From positions 4,125 to 68,124 of the forward strand of contig JACQZY010000019.1 in assembly GCA_016213645.1 (NCBI GenBank): a DNA stretch of 64,000 nt. The letters are read 5' to 3'. This DNA comes from Actinomycetota bacterium (GTDB lineage: Bacteria; Actinomycetota; Thermoleophilia; Solirubrobacterales; JACPNS01). This document shows positions 9,154-18,923 of the stretch, piece after piece (the first letter of the stretch is position 1; the number at the start of each line of letters is the position of its first letter). The notes below the pieces were generated by a model. That model made no database searches. It worked only from the letters and a program-made list of their open reading frames with translations, and had not been told where the DNA came from. A program made the position numbers and the translations under genes.

Positions 9154-10014
9154 ATGGCCTGGAAAGTAAAAGAAGAACCCGCGCCCGGCGGCGCCGCCCC
9201 GGACGTCACGCCACAGGGCGAACACGCGCCGACCGGCGCGCAGAACATTTTCGAACTTCAGGCGGTGAGTGTTCGCTACAGCGGCAATCTCGCCGTGAAG
9301 GAGGTCGGCTTCGGAGTCCCGACCAACCGCATCACCGCGCTGATCGGCGCCTCCGGCTGCGGCAAGAGCACACTGTTGCGCTGCCTAAATCGCATGAACG
9401 ACCTGATCCCGGGCGCGCGCGTGGAAGGCACGATCACGTACAAGGGCCAGGATCTTTACAGCCCCCGCGTGGACCCGGTGCAGGTGCGTAAGCGCATCGG
9501 CATGGTCTTTCAGAAGCCGAACCCGTTTCCGAAGTCGATTTTCGACAACGTCGCCTTCGGCCCGCGCGTTCTGGGCATGAAGGAAGACATCAACCTGTTG
9601 GTGGAAAACGCGCTGCGGCGCGCGTCGCTTTGGGACGAGGTCAAGGACCGCCTGAAGGACAGCGCCCTGGGCATGAGCGGCGGCCAGCAGCAGCGCCTCT
9701 GCATCGCGCGCGCGATCGCCACCGAGCCCGACGTGATCCTGATGGACGAGCCGTGCAGCGCGCTGGACCCGATCTCGACCGCGCGCATCGAGGACCTGAT
9801 GAACGAACTGAAGGATCGCTACACGATCGTGATCGTCACCCACAACATGCAGCAGGCCGCGCGCGTCAGCGACAAGACCGCCTACTTCTCGGTGGAGGTG
9901 GGCGACAACGACCGCCGCTACGGCCGTCTGATCGAATACGACGACACGGAGCGAATCTTCACCAATCCGTCCGACCAACGCACGGAGGATTACGTCACCG
10001 GGAAGGTGGGATGA
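9154..10014 (+). CDS. pstB: phosphate ABC transporter ATP-binding protein PstB
   Basis: Walker [10 protein letters not shown]. PstB-typical [11 protein letters not shown]. Signature LSGGQQQRL. Walker B ILMDEP. Confidence 0.95.
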   Translation: MAWKVKEEPAPGGAAPDVTPQGEHAPTGAQNIFELQAVSVRYSGNLAVKEVGFGVPTNRITALIGASGCGKSTLLRCLNRMNDLIPGARVEGTITYKGQDLYSPRVDPVQVRKRIGMVFQKPNPFPKSIFDNVAFGPRVLGMKEDINLLVENALRRASLWDEVKDRLKDSALGMSGGQQQRLCIARAIATEPDVILMDEPCSALDPISTARIEDLMNELKDRYTIVIVTHNMQQAARVSDKTAYFSVEVGDNDRRYGRLIEYDDTERIFTNPSDQRTEDYVTGKVG

Positions 10015-10724
10015 TGGCCGTGAGCGAGCCGCGTACACGACTGGTCTTTCACGACGAACTGGAATCGCTGGAGGGCGAGGTGCTCTCGATGTTCGACCTA
10101 GTGGTCGGGATGGTCGACCGCGCCGTAGAGTGCGTGCTCAATCAGGACGTCGAGCTGGCGCGCATGGTGATCGAAAGCGACGACCGCGTCGACGGCCGTT
10201 ACCTGGACGTCAACCAGGGGTTGCTGAACCTGATCGCACTTCAGGCGCCGGTGGCCACCGACCTGCGCCTGGTCTTCGCGCTGCTCTACACCAACGTGCA
10301 CGTAGAGCGCATCGGCGACCTCTGCGTGAACATCGCCAAGCTTGTGCCGCTGGCGGGCGAGACGCCGCCGATCGTGCCAGAGCTGCTGGAACTGATCGAG
10401 AAGATGGGCCCGCAGACCCGCAGCCAGATCGAACAGGCCAAGCTGGCCCTGCAAAACCGCGACGCCGATCTGGCCGAACACCTGGTCATCCAAGACGACG
10501 TGCTGGACGACCTGAACAAAGAGATCTTCCGCAAGGCACTCACCATCGGCACCGACGAAGACCGCCGCGAATGGGCCATGCACATGACACTGATCGGCCG
10601 CTACCTGGAACGAATCGGCGACCACACGGTCGACATCGGCGAACAGACGGCGTTCGTGGTGACGGGCGAGTTCCGGGAGTTCACGGACGCTTCGGCGCGG
10701 AAGAACACCGCTCCGCGGCCGTAG
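10011..10724 (+). CDS. phoU: phosphate signalling complex protein PhoU
   Basis: Two PhoU repeats ([11 protein letters not shown] and [12 protein letters not shown]). ATG 10011 overlaps the pstB stop (ATGA). The longer track ORF from 9630 overlaps pstB out of frame. Confidence 0.9.
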   Translation: MMAVSEPRTRLVFHDELESLEGEVLSMFDLVVGMVDRAVECVLNQDVELARMVIESDDRVDGRYLDVNQGLLNLIALQAPVATDLRLVFALLYTNVHVERIGDLCVNIAKLVPLAGETPPIVPELLELIEKMGPQTRSQIEQAKLALQNRDADLAEHLVIQDDVLDDLNKEIFRKALTIGTDEDRREWAMHMTLIGRYLERIGDHTVDIGEQTAFVVTGEFREFTDASARKNTAPRP

Positions 10725-10766
10725 GTAAGGCGGTCGCGGTGGCTGCCGGGCCGGGCGCGGGCAGAT

Positions 10767-11594
10767 TCAGCTAATCGCGCCGTTGGCCGCCAGCACCAGC
10801 ACGGCCACTCCCAGCGCCACCCGGTAGACCACGAAGATCGCCGTGTTGTGGGAACCCAGCCAGCGCAGCAGGAACGCGATCGAGGCGTAGCCCACGACGA
10901 ACGACACGACCGTTGCCACGATCGTGTCGCCGACGCCGATGCCTGCGCCCCAGGCGCCGTCGAAGGCTTTGCGCAGCTCGAACAAACCGGAAAGCACGAC
11001 TGCGGGCACCGACAGCAGAAACGAAAAGCGCGCTGCCTCGGCGCGCTTCAGGCCCAGCGCTAGACCGGCCGTCAGCGTGGAGCCCGACCGAGAGACGCCC
11101 GGCACCAGCGCGGCGGCCTGCGCGATGCCGATGATCGCGGCGTCGCGAGGCGTGATCTCGTCCATTCCGCGCCGGTGCTTTGCCAGGCGATCGGCCAGAC
11201 CCAGCACCAGTCCAAGCACGATCAGCGTGGTGCCGATCACGTAGAGATCGCGCGCGCCGCTCTCGATCTGGTCTTTGAACGCGAAGCCGAAGATCACGAT
11301 CGGCAGCGTGCCCAGCGCCAGATACCAGCCCAGGCGCACGTTTTTGCGATCGCGCGGTTCGCCCAGGCGAAGCGTGGCCGCTGTCCAGTCGCGTGCGACC
11401 GCGATCAGTTCGTGGCGGAAATAGAGCAACACCGCCGCCATCGTGCCAAGCTGGATCACGGCGGTGAAGGCCGCTCCGGGATCTTGCCAACCGGCAAGCG
11501 CGGGAACCACGCGCAGATGTCCGCTGCTGCTGACCGGCAGAAACTCTGTCAGGCCCTGGACGACGCCGAGGATGATCGCTTCGATGAAGGACAT
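10767..11594 (-). CDS. uppP: undecaprenyl-diphosphate phosphatase
   Basis: MSFIEAIILGVVQGLTEFLPVSSSGHL N-terminus and the PGVSRSGST motif. 8-TM profile. Confidence 0.9.
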   Translation of the reverse strand: MSFIEAIILGVVQGLTEFLPVSSSGHLRVVPALAGWQDPGAAFTAVIQLGTMAAVLLYFRHELIAVARDWTAATLRLGEPRDRKNVRLGWYLALGTLPIVIFGFAFKDQIESGARDLYVIGTTLIVLGLVLGLADRLAKHRRGMDEITPRDAAIIGIAQAAALVPGVSRSGSTLTAGLALGLKRAEAARFSFLLSVPAVVLSGLFELRKAFDGAWGAGIGVGDTIVATVVSFVVGYASIAFLLRWLGSHNTAIFVVYRVALGVAVLVLAANGAIS

Positions 11595-11701
11595 TCGCGG
11601 CCAGACCCTACCGCTCGCCGCGACGGGATCGCGGCGCTTGGACTAGCCGAAAGCGATGCGGCCAGCCGGCCACCGGCCGGCGTTGTATAGTTGCTGCCCG
11701 T

Positions 11702-11947
11702 ATGCGACGCGCAATCACAACTTTCGCACTTTCACTCGCGCTCACGCTGGCGCTTGCCGCGAACGCCTTTGCAGGCGACAACGGCATGGGCTGGATCGGT
11801 GAGGCCGACGACAAGACGGTCACGTTCTTCGGTCTTGGTCTTGTGATCCTGTTCCCGCTCGTCGCGCTGGTCGGCAGCTTCATCCAAGGACGGCTGGAAC
11901 GCCGCGCGCAAGCACGCAAGGACGCGATCTTCAGGTCGAGCAAGTAG
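11702..11947 (+). CDS. small secreted/membrane protein, unknown function
   Basis: Signal-like N-terminus (AITTFALSLALTLALAANAFA) and one TM (FFGLGLVILFPLVALVGSFI). No clear SD. Weak call. Confidence 0.35.
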   Translation: MRRAITTFALSLALTLALAANAFAGDNGMGWIGEADDKTVTFFGLGLVILFPLVALVGSFIQGRLERRAQARKDAIFRSSK

Positions 11948-11971
11948 GGCCCCGCGCAGGGCCCGGGGCCG

Positions 11972-12844
11972 ATGCGCTGCGCCTGCATCGACATAGGATC
12001 GAACACGACCGCGCTGCTCGTCGCGGATACTGGCGACGACGGATTAAACAAGGTCGGCTCCCGGCGCGCCTTCACGCTGCTCGGAGCGAACCTCAGAAAC
12101 GGGTTGATCGGCCCCGAAAAGATCGACGAAGTCTGCGACGCGGCCGCGATCTTTGTTGAGTACGCCCGCCAGATGGGCGCCGACCAGATCAGTGTGGTCG
12201 CCACCCACGTTGTGCGCGAGGCCGCGAACGCAGAAGCGCTGAAGGCGATTGTCGAACATCGCTGCGGACTGCCGGTGCGCGTGCTCGACACGGAGGAAGA
12301 AGCCCGCTACTCGTTTTGCGGAGCCGTCGGCGGCCGTACCGCACCCGACCGTCCGACGGTCGTGATCGACGGCGGGGGCGGTTCAACCGAGGTTTCGTGG
12401 AGCCGCGGTGATGCCCAAGACGTTCACACGCGGTCGTTCGCGATCGGTTCATCTTCGCTGCGCGAGAAGTTCTTCGAGCACGATCCGCCAACCAAGGACG
12501 AACTTGTCGCGGCGCGGAAGTTCGCCGACGAGACGTTCTCCGTGCTCGACGTGCCGGAGGACTGCATGATCGCGCTTGCGGTCGGCGGTGGCGCCACGAC
12601 GGCGCGCGAGTTGGTCGGCGGCCTGATCGACGATGCGTCGGTTACGCGTGTGCTGAATATGATCGCGAAAATGGACTCTGAGGAGGTCTCTGAGCGCCTG
12701 GAGATCGAGTGGCAGCGCGCGCTGCTGCTTCCGGCAAGTCTGACGATTCTGGCCGCGCTGTCCGAGAAGCTCGGGCTGTCACTTGAGGTTGGAATGGGCG
12801 GCCTGCGTGAGGGCGTGATTCACGAATTGGCCCAAACGGCGTAA
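11972..12844 (+). CDS. Ppx/GppA-family phosphatase (short form, ASKHA domains only)
   Basis: MRCACIDIGSNTTALLVAD is an ASKHA phosphate-1 motif. VIDGGGGSTE is phosphate-2. 290 aa. Confidence 0.8.
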   Translation: MRCACIDIGSNTTALLVADTGDDGLNKVGSRRAFTLLGANLRNGLIGPEKIDEVCDAAAIFVEYARQMGADQISVVATHVVREAANAEALKAIVEHRCGLPVRVLDTEEEARYSFCGAVGGRTAPDRPTVVIDGGGGSTEVSWSRGDAQDVHTRSFAIGSSSLREKFFEHDPPTKDELVAARKFADETFSVLDVPEDCMIALAVGGGATTARELVGGLIDDASVTRVLNMIAKMDSEEVSERLEIEWQRALLLPASLTILAALSEKLGLSLEVGMGGLREGVIHELAQTA

Positions 12845-12869
12845 CGGCGCACTCGGCCTAGACGGTCGT

Positions 12870-13805
12870 CTAGTCGATCGCCTGCACGGTGATTATTACG
12901 GCGGCGGCAAGCACGATCAGTGCGATCGCCCGCACCAGTGCAAGCGTTGACAACCTGCCCGTCAGCCGCGCGCCGAACCACGCCCCCGGGGCCGAGCAGG
13001 CCGCGCCGACGGCGAAAAGCTTCGGATCAAAACCCTCGGCGCCGCCCGTCAGGTGGCCGGCCGCGCCGGCGATCCCCACCAGCACTCCTGCCGCGAGATT
13101 CGTGCCCACCAGCATCTGCGGGCGCTCTGCGGTAAAGCGCAGCAAGGCCGGCATGCGCAGGCTGCCGAGGATCAGGCCAACGGCGCCTCCAAGCACGCCC
13201 ACGATCAGTCCGATCGCCGTAACGACCAGCCGTTCGCGGCCGGTGGTCAGTCCGATCGGCGCTGCCGGTGGCAAGACTTCCTGTCGGCCGGTGGCGGGCG
13301 ATGTTGCAGCCGAGGCCGGGACCTGGGATGCCGGAGACTGGGATGCCGGAGACTGGGCGGCCGGGGTCTGGGCCGCCGGGGTCTGGGCCGCCGGAGTCTG
13401 GGCGGCAGGAGACTGGGCGGCCGGGGCAGGGTCCGGAGCCGGGACGGCGGGCCGCCAGCGCGACAGCTCCCACGCCCCGTAAAACAGCACCGCCGCGATC
13501 AACAGCCGCAGCGTGTCGCCGGGCACCGCGTTCGCCGCCAGCCCGCCAAAGAATCCGCCGACCATCGAGGCCGGCGCCAGCCAGCCGAACATGCGCCAGT
13601 TCACCCGCCCCGCTCTCACATGGGCCACCGTCGCCGCCAGCGCCGCCACGCCACTGATCGCCACGTTCGCGCCGCCCCCTGCCGAGACAGTGTCCGACGC
13701 GGACACGGCAAACGGCAGTCGCAGGTTTCCGAGCACCAGTCCGGCCAGTCCACCGGCGACGGCAAGCACAAAACACAGCGCGCCGAATGCGGCAAGTGCG
13801 AGCAC
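12870..13805 (-). CDS. TauE/SafE-family anion exporter with a central Pro/Ala/Gln repeat linker
   Basis: Two 4-TM halves with the Gly-rich helices typical of TauE/SafE, separated by PAAQSPAAQTPAAQTPAAQTPAAQSPASQSPASQ. Confidence 0.75.
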   Translation of the reverse strand: MLALAAFGALCFVLAVAGGLAGLVLGNLRLPFAVSASDTVSAGGGANVAISGVAALAATVAHVRAGRVNWRMFGWLAPASMVGGFFGGLAANAVPGDTLRLLIAAVLFYGAWELSRWRPAVPAPDPAPAAQSPAAQTPAAQTPAAQTPAAQSPASQSPASQVPASAATSPATGRQEVLPPAAPIGLTTGRERLVVTAIGLIVGVLGGAVGLILGSLRMPALLRFTAERPQMLVGTNLAAGVLVGIAGAAGHLTGGAEGFDPKLFAVGAACSAPGAWFGARLTGRLSTLALVRAIALIVLAAAVIITVQAID

Positions 13806-13811
13806 GCGCGG

Positions 13812-14486
13812 TCAGTCCGCGTCTGGCCGCCGCTGCCAACCCGCGTCGCGCGCTCTGCTGACGCGCGCGGGCACGCCGACGGCCACGGCGTCGGCCGGTA
13901 CGTCATTGCACATCACCGCGCCGGCGCCGAGCACCGCCCAGTCGCCAAGCCGGTTGCCCTGCACGATCACACTGTTGGCGCCCACGTCCGCGCCCTCGCC
14001 GACGGTCACAAAACCCGAGATGCTCGCGCCGGGCGAGATCGTCACAAAGTCGCCAAGCCGCGCGTCGTGGCCGATCACGCAGTTCTTGTTCAGGCAGGCG
14101 TAGGCGCCGATCGTGATGTCGATCGAGGCCGTCACCCCGGCCAGCACGATCGAACCGCGACCAAGACCGACGTCGTCGCCCAGCCATGCGGCCGGATGCA
14201 CAAGCGTGGCGTGGTCGTCGTGGCCGACGGACGCGAGCCGCTCGACGGCACGCCAACGGCCGGCCGGCGAACCCACGGCCACCGCCACCGCCGGCGGCCG
14301 GTCACGCTGAAGCCAATCAACGTCGCCCAGCACCGGCAGGCCCTTGATCTCGCCGCCGTGCAGATTCGCGTCGGCGTCCAGGAACCCGAGCAGATTCCAG
14401 CTCGACGCGTCGCGGTTCACGTCGCGCACGACCTGAAGAACCTCGCGGCCGTAACCGCCCGCACCGAGTATCACGAGATCGCGCAT
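13812..14486 (-). CDS. NeuD/PglB/VioB-family sugar O-/N-acetyltransferase (left-handed beta-helix)
   Basis: MRDLVILGAGGYGREV Rossmann-like N-domain followed by hexapeptide repeats (IGAYACLNKNCVIGHDARLGDFVTISPGASISG...). ATG 14486 preferred over the track start at 14717. Confidence 0.75.
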   Translation of the reverse strand: MRDLVILGAGGYGREVLQVVRDVNRDASSWNLLGFLDADANLHGGEIKGLPVLGDVDWLQRDRPPAVAVAVGSPAGRWRAVERLASVGHDDHATLVHPAAWLGDDVGLGRGSIVLAGVTASIDITIGAYACLNKNCVIGHDARLGDFVTISPGASISGFVTVGEGADVGANSVIVQGNRLGDWAVLGAGAVMCNDVPADAVAVGVPARVSRARDAGWQRRPDAD

Positions 14487-14497
14487 CGCCCCAATTT

Positions 14498-15391
14498 CTA
14501 GCGCAGTATCCGCGCGATTTCGTAGCTCTGGCGGATCGCCCGGGCCTGATGCAGCAGATGCACCACGCCAAGCCCGGCCAGCAGCACCGTGCGCGCGGTG
14601 ACCGAGTCGACCACCGCTCCGCCTGAAATCGCCATGTCCACCACGGACGCCGCAAGCACAAGGTTGATGAAGCCCGGGAAGACGAGAAACTGCCCGAGGT
14701 TTACGTAGCGCGCCCAAAGCAGGCCGCTGCCGCCACCGCCGGTCTTGCGAGTCTGTTCGTCGGCGGAGAGATCAAGCTTGGCCGGATCGCCGCCCATGCG
14801 GGCCATTGCCGCGCGCAGCATCTGCGGATGATCGCGCAGTTCCGGACGGTCGCGGTAAACGCTGAGGATCACGTGATCGCGCGCGGAGTACGGCACGCGC
14901 GTGTTGGCCAGCAGAATCACCAGCACGGCAAGCCAGATCCAACCGTCGCCGGTGCGCGAAAAGACCGCCCAGCCCAACGCCATCGTGATCGCGGCGGGCA
15001 CGTAGTAGTGGCCCACCCAGTCGAGGTACTCGCCACCGGCTCCGCCCTGCTTGCCCTCAACCTGGCGCTCGAAGCGCGCGATCTCGCCGTCGCAGAAGTC
15101 GAGTACGAACGAAAGCTGCAGCATCGCCAGCCCGGCGATCTGCGCCCACGCCCGGTTATACGCCAACAGTCCCGCGCCACCAAGGCCGATCAAAATGCCC
15201 AGCACCGTGGTTTGATTGGCGCTGATCCCGGTGGGCAGCAACCCGCGCGTGATCAGAATCGAAAGCCGCCGGACCAGTCGCGCGTAGAGCCTGCGGAAGT
15301 CGCGTTGTTCGTCCTGGCCTCGCCCCTCGCCACCGCAGATCACGACCAGTTCGTTGATTGGCGGCAGGGCTTTGCGGGTCGCGGCGGGCAC
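14498..15391 (-). CDS. CDP-alcohol phosphatidyltransferase family protein
   Basis: Multi-TM protein with LDFCDGEIAR (the D-G-x2-A-R core of the CDP-alcohol transferase motif). The distal part of the motif is only partly conserved. Confidence 0.65.
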   Translation of the reverse strand: MPAATRKALPPINELVVICGGEGRGQDEQRDFRRLYARLVRRLSILITRGLLPTGISANQTTVLGILIGLGGAGLLAYNRAWAQIAGLAMLQLSFVLDFCDGEIARFERQVEGKQGGAGGEYLDWVGHYYVPAAITMALGWAVFSRTGDGWIWLAVLVILLANTRVPYSARDHVILSVYRDRPELRDHPQMLRAAMARMGGDPAKLDLSADEQTRKTGGGGSGLLWARYVNLGQFLVFPGFINLVLAASVVDMAISGGAVVDSVTARTVLLAGLGVVHLLHQARAIRQSYEIARILR

Positions 15392-15521
15392 GGCGCCGAG
15401 TCTAACGACGCGGGGTGACCGGACCGGTTGTTGCGCGGGAAACGATCCCCCGCAACATCAGGTGAGATCGCAAGTCCGCGGGCGCGCGCCTCAGGCGCCT
15501 GCCGCGCGTTAGCCTGATGGA

Positions 15522-16226
15522 GTGCTCGCTCTGATCTATGACGTTCACGGCAATCTCCCGGCTCTGGAGGCGGTGCTAAGTGACGCTGCGGGCGCGGGCG
15601 CCACGCACCACCTGCTCGGCGGCGACTACGGCATGCTCGGCTCACAGCCGACCGAAACGATCGCGCGCCTGCACGCGCTGCCGGCGGACACGATCTGGCT
15701 GCGCGGCAACACCGAGCGCTGGGTGCGCCACCCCGAGTCCGAAGACATCCCGTTCCCGGCAATCGCCGACGCATGCCGGCACGTGGCCGACGCGCTCGGG
15801 CACTCCGAGGTCGCGGAGCTTGCCGCGCTGCCGCAGATGCTCAGCGACGTGCCGGTCGCGGGCGCGGCCGGCGTGATCTTCTGCCACGCCTCCCCTGGAT
15901 CGGACATGATCGGATTTTTCCCGCAGGCCGCCGACACAGACGGAACGGCCGCCACCAGCGACCGCGAAGCCAACACGATCGTCTGCGGACACACGCATAT
16001 GCAGTTCAGGCGCGAGATCGGAGTGATCGAAGTGGTCAACCCCGGCAGCGTGGGTCTGCCGCTGGACGGAGACACTCGCGCCGCCTACGCGCTGCTGGCA
16101 CCCGACGGCTCGTTTGAGCTGCGCCGCGTGGAGTACGACGTGGAGGCGGCAGTGGCGGCGTACGGGACGCTTGAAACCGAGTGGGCCGAAATCGCGAAGC
16201 GGCGATTGCGCACCGGCGCGCCATAG
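15522..16226 (+). CDS. metallophosphoesterase (YfcE/MJ0936-like)
   Basis: IYDVHGN, GGDY, LRGNTE, CHASP and CGHTH are the ordered calcineurin-like phosphoesterase motifs. Confidence 0.75.
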   Translation: MLALIYDVHGNLPALEAVLSDAAGAGATHHLLGGDYGMLGSQPTETIARLHALPADTIWLRGNTERWVRHPESEDIPFPAIADACRHVADALGHSEVAELAALPQMLSDVPVAGAAGVIFCHASPGSDMIGFFPQAADTDGTAATSDREANTIVCGHTHMQFRREIGVIEVVNPGSVGLPLDGDTRAAYALLAPDGSFELRRVEYDVEAAVAAYGTLETEWAEIAKRRLRTGAP

Positions 16227-16322
16227 AAGCTCGTAACCCCCGCCGGCCGCGACACCTCACACCGAACATCAGCACCGCCTAAGCCAACCACAGCACCCCC
16301 CGCACCCACGCAGATCACAGAC

Positions 16323-16434
16323 CCGCGCAGATCACCGGTGTCTGCGCAGGATTACCCGTTGGAATGCGGACGTACAAAAACGACCCCCCTGATTCCGAAG
16401 CCTGATCCTGCGCAGGCACCGGTGATCTGCGCGG
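16323..16434. repeat. 30-bp inverted repeat (29/30 match) around a 52-nt AT-richer core; each arm is itself near-palindromic
   Basis: Left arm 16323-16352 is ccgcgcagatcaccggtgtctgcgcaggat. Right arm 16405-16434 is atcctgcgcaggcaccggtgatctgcgcgg. Each arm contains GCGCAG..CACCGGTG..CTGCGC. Lies between convergent genes. Confidence 0.6.
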
Positions 16435-16501
16435 TGGGGTGTTGGTGTTTGGATGGGGTGCGGGAGGGCGGTGTGCGGTCGCTTGAGCTTTGTGGCTCGG
16501 C

Positions 16502-17275
16502 TTATACGAGTCTGAGCACGCCGCCGTGCCGCCGCAGCCAGTCGCGCTGGTCGCGCCAGTCGGGGACGCGGGCGTCCATCAGGGCCCAGAACCGCGGCGA
16601 GTGGTCGCGTACCTCCAGATGCGCGGCCTCGTGCTCGACGACGTAGTCGAAGACGCTCTCCGGCGCCAGCATTAGTCGCCAGTTGAAACTCATTGTGCCG
16701 TTGGTCGAACAGCTCCCCCAGCGCGTACGCTGGTCGCGGATCGCGATACGGGCATAGTCGGTGCCGTTGCGGGTGACGGCTGCATCCATTCGCGCGGCGG
16801 CCTCCTCGCGAGCGCGGCGGCGATACCAGCGCTCCAGCAGCGCGGCGACGTTGTCTCGCGAGTGATCGCGGCTGCGCACGCGCAGTTCGCCCGCGATCTC
16901 GGGCATGAACCCGGCGTCGGCGCGTTTGGTCGCGGCCCGCGCAAAGCTCACACGCTCACCGTCCCCCGCGAGCAGGCGCAGCAGCAGCGAATCGTCGAGG
17001 TACGGCACCAGGTCGCCATCGTCCAGCCCGCGCGCCGCTACCGCCTCGGCCTCCGCCTCAACCCGCGCGAGCGTGCGCTCGATCCAGTCGCTCCGCTCCG
17101 CCACAAACGCGTGCGCCTCGCGCTCCGCGGCGCGGCGCGGCAGCACAACCACCACTCCTCGCTCGCTGACGGTGATGCGGATGTTGCGCGCGCGGTCCGA
17201 GCGGCGCAGCTCGTAGTCGAAACTCAGCTCGCGACGGCGCGGCCGTAAAAGCGCGCCGCGCAGGCCCGCCGCCAC
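16502..17275 (-). CDS. YgjP-like (DUF45/M48-related) zinc metallopeptidase
   Basis: C-terminal VVEHEAAHLEVRDHSPRFWAL matches the HExxH..H(S)xxFW signature of DUF45 proteins. Confidence 0.75.
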   Translation of the reverse strand: MAAGLRGALLRPRRRELSFDYELRRSDRARNIRITVSERGVVVVLPRRAAEREAHAFVAERSDWIERTLARVEAEAEAVAARGLDDGDLVPYLDDSLLLRLLAGDGERVSFARAATKRADAGFMPEIAGELRVRSRDHSRDNVAALLERWYRRRAREEAAARMDAAVTRNGTDYARIAIRDQRTRWGSCSTNGTMSFNWRLMLAPESVFDYVVEHEAAHLEVRDHSPRFWALMDARVPDWRDQRDWLRRHGGVLRLV

Positions 17276-17279
17276 GCGT

Positions 17280-18896
17280 TCACTCCCACTCGATCGTGGC
17301 CGGCGGCTTGGAAGAGATGTCGAGCGTCACGCGGTTGACGCCGCGGATCTCGTTGATCAGCCGCTTTGAGACCGTCTCAAGCAGGTCGTAAGGCAGTCGC
17401 GCCCAGTCCGCGGTCATCGCGTCGTCGCTGGTGACGGCGCGAATCACGATCGGATATGCGTATGAGCGCTCGTCGCCCTGCACGCCCACCGAGCGCACCA
17501 CCGGCAGCACGCAGAAGCTCTGCCAGAGTTCGCGGTACAGGCCGGCCTTGCGGATCTCGTCCTGCAGGATCGCGTCGGCTTCGCGCACGATGTCCAAACG
17601 TTCCTTGTTGACCTCGCCGCCGACGATGCGAATCGCAAGCCCAGGGCCGGGAAACGGCTGACGCCAGACCAAACGCTCCGGCATGCCAAGCTCCGCGCCG
17701 ACGGCGCGAACCTCGTCCTTGAAGAGCAGACGCAACGGCTCGACAAGCTCAAACTCCATGTCTTCGGGCAATCCGCCGACATTGTGGTGGGACTTGATCA
17801 ACGCGGCGCCGTGACCGCCGCCGCTCTCGATCACATCGCTGTAGAGCGTGCCCTGGACCAGGAACTTGGCGTCGATCTTGCTCGCCTCGTCCTCGAAGGT
17901 GCGGATGAACTGATCGCCGATCGTTTTGCGCTTCTCTTCCGGGTCGGTCACGTCGGCGAGCCGGCCGAGAAATACCTCGGCGGCGTCCACGTGAATCAAC
18001 GGCACTTCGTAGTGGTCGCGAAACACGCTGACGACCTGCTCGGCTTCGTTTTTGCGCATCATGCCGTGATCCACGAAGACGCACGTCAGCTGGTCGCCGA
18101 CGGCCTTGTGCACCAGCAGCGCCGCGACGGAACTGTCGACGCCGCCGGAAAGACCGCAGATCACCTGGCCCTCACCCACCTGCGCGCGGATCTTGGCGAT
18201 CTGTTCGTCGATCACCGACGCGGGACTCCAAAGCCCGTCGGCGCCACAGACGTCGTAAAGGAATCGCTTCAGCACGTCGGTGCCGTACGGCGTGTGCACG
18301 ACTTCGGGGTGAAACTGAATTCCATAGAGACCGCGTTCGATGTTCTCGAACGCCGCAACCGGCGACTCGTCGCTGGAGGCCAGCGCCGTAAAGCCCGGCG
18401 GCGCCTCGTAGACGGTGTCGCGATGGCTCATCCAGCACTGCTGTTCGGCCGGCAGGTCGCGCAGAAGGCGCCCGTGCTCGCTGACGTGCAACCCGGAGCG
18501 GCCGAACTCGCCGATCTCCGCGCTCTCCACGCGCCCGCCCAGCCCCAACGCCATCGCCTGCATTCCGTAACAGATGCCCAGTACCGGCACGCCCAGCTCC
18601 AGCAGCTCTGGGCGTAGTTCCGGTGCATCGTCGGCGTACACGGACGCCGGACCGCCGGAGAGAATGATGCCGTTTGGCTTGCGCTCGCGCAGCGCCTCGA
18701 TCGGGATGTCGCACGGCAGCAGCTCGGAGTACACGCCACACTCGCGCACACGGCGCGCGATCAGCTGGCTGTACTGACCGCCGAAGTTCAGCACCAGCAC
18801 TTCCTGCTGGGTCAGCGCCGACTCGGCGGCCGCGCCGCCGGCCACACCGGCTTCGACGGCCGCGTCGCCTACGGGGACCTCCGAGGTTCCGCCCAC
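17280..18896 (-). CDS. guaA: GMP synthase (glutamine-hydrolysing)
   Basis: GATase domain ([13 protein letters not shown]). ATP-PPase loop LSGGVDSSV. Conserved C-terminus [10 protein letters not shown]. Confidence 0.95.
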   Translation of the reverse strand: MGGTSEVPVGDAAVEAGVAGGAAAESALTQQEVLVLNFGGQYSQLIARRVRECGVYSELLPCDIPIEALRERKPNGIILSGGPASVYADDAPELRPELLELGVPVLGICYGMQAMALGLGGRVESAEIGEFGRSGLHVSEHGRLLRDLPAEQQCWMSHRDTVYEAPPGFTALASSDESPVAAFENIERGLYGIQFHPEVVHTPYGTDVLKRFLYDVCGADGLWSPASVIDEQIAKIRAQVGEGQVICGLSGGVDSSVAALLVHKAVGDQLTCVFVDHGMMRKNEAEQVVSVFRDHYEVPLIHVDAAEVFLGRLADVTDPEEKRKTIGDQFIRTFEDEASKIDAKFLVQGTLYSDVIESGGGHGAALIKSHHNVGGLPEDMEFELVEPLRLLFKDEVRAVGAELGMPERLVWRQPFPGPGLAIRIVGGEVNKERLDIVREADAILQDEIRKAGLYRELWQSFCVLPVVRSVGVQGDERSYAYPIVIRAVTSDDAMTADWARLPYDLLETVSKRLINEIRGVNRVTLDISSKPPATIEWE

Positions 18897-18923
18897 GGTC
18901 TCAGCACCAAGCCCCGGCTGCGC

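Noticed and set aside
9630-10010. N-terminal 127 codons of track ORF 9630..10724
   Set aside because: This part overlaps pstB in another frame and is Arg-rich junk. PhoU homology begins at ATG 10011, which overlaps the pstB stop. The same logic was applied to 29803..30324 (upstream of nadB) and 34572..34760 (upstream of hyuB).
10725-10766. Possible bidirectional terminator between phoU and uppP
   Set aside because: Only a 5-bp stem (ctgcc/ggcag) with a G/C-only loop and no T-tract. Too weak to call.
13053-14501. 482-aa plus-strand ORF
   Set aside because: Extremely Arg/Gly/His-rich with no domain pattern. It is antisense to the TauE/SafE and NeuD-like acetyltransferase genes, which have clear family motifs. 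A typical high-GC shadow ORF.
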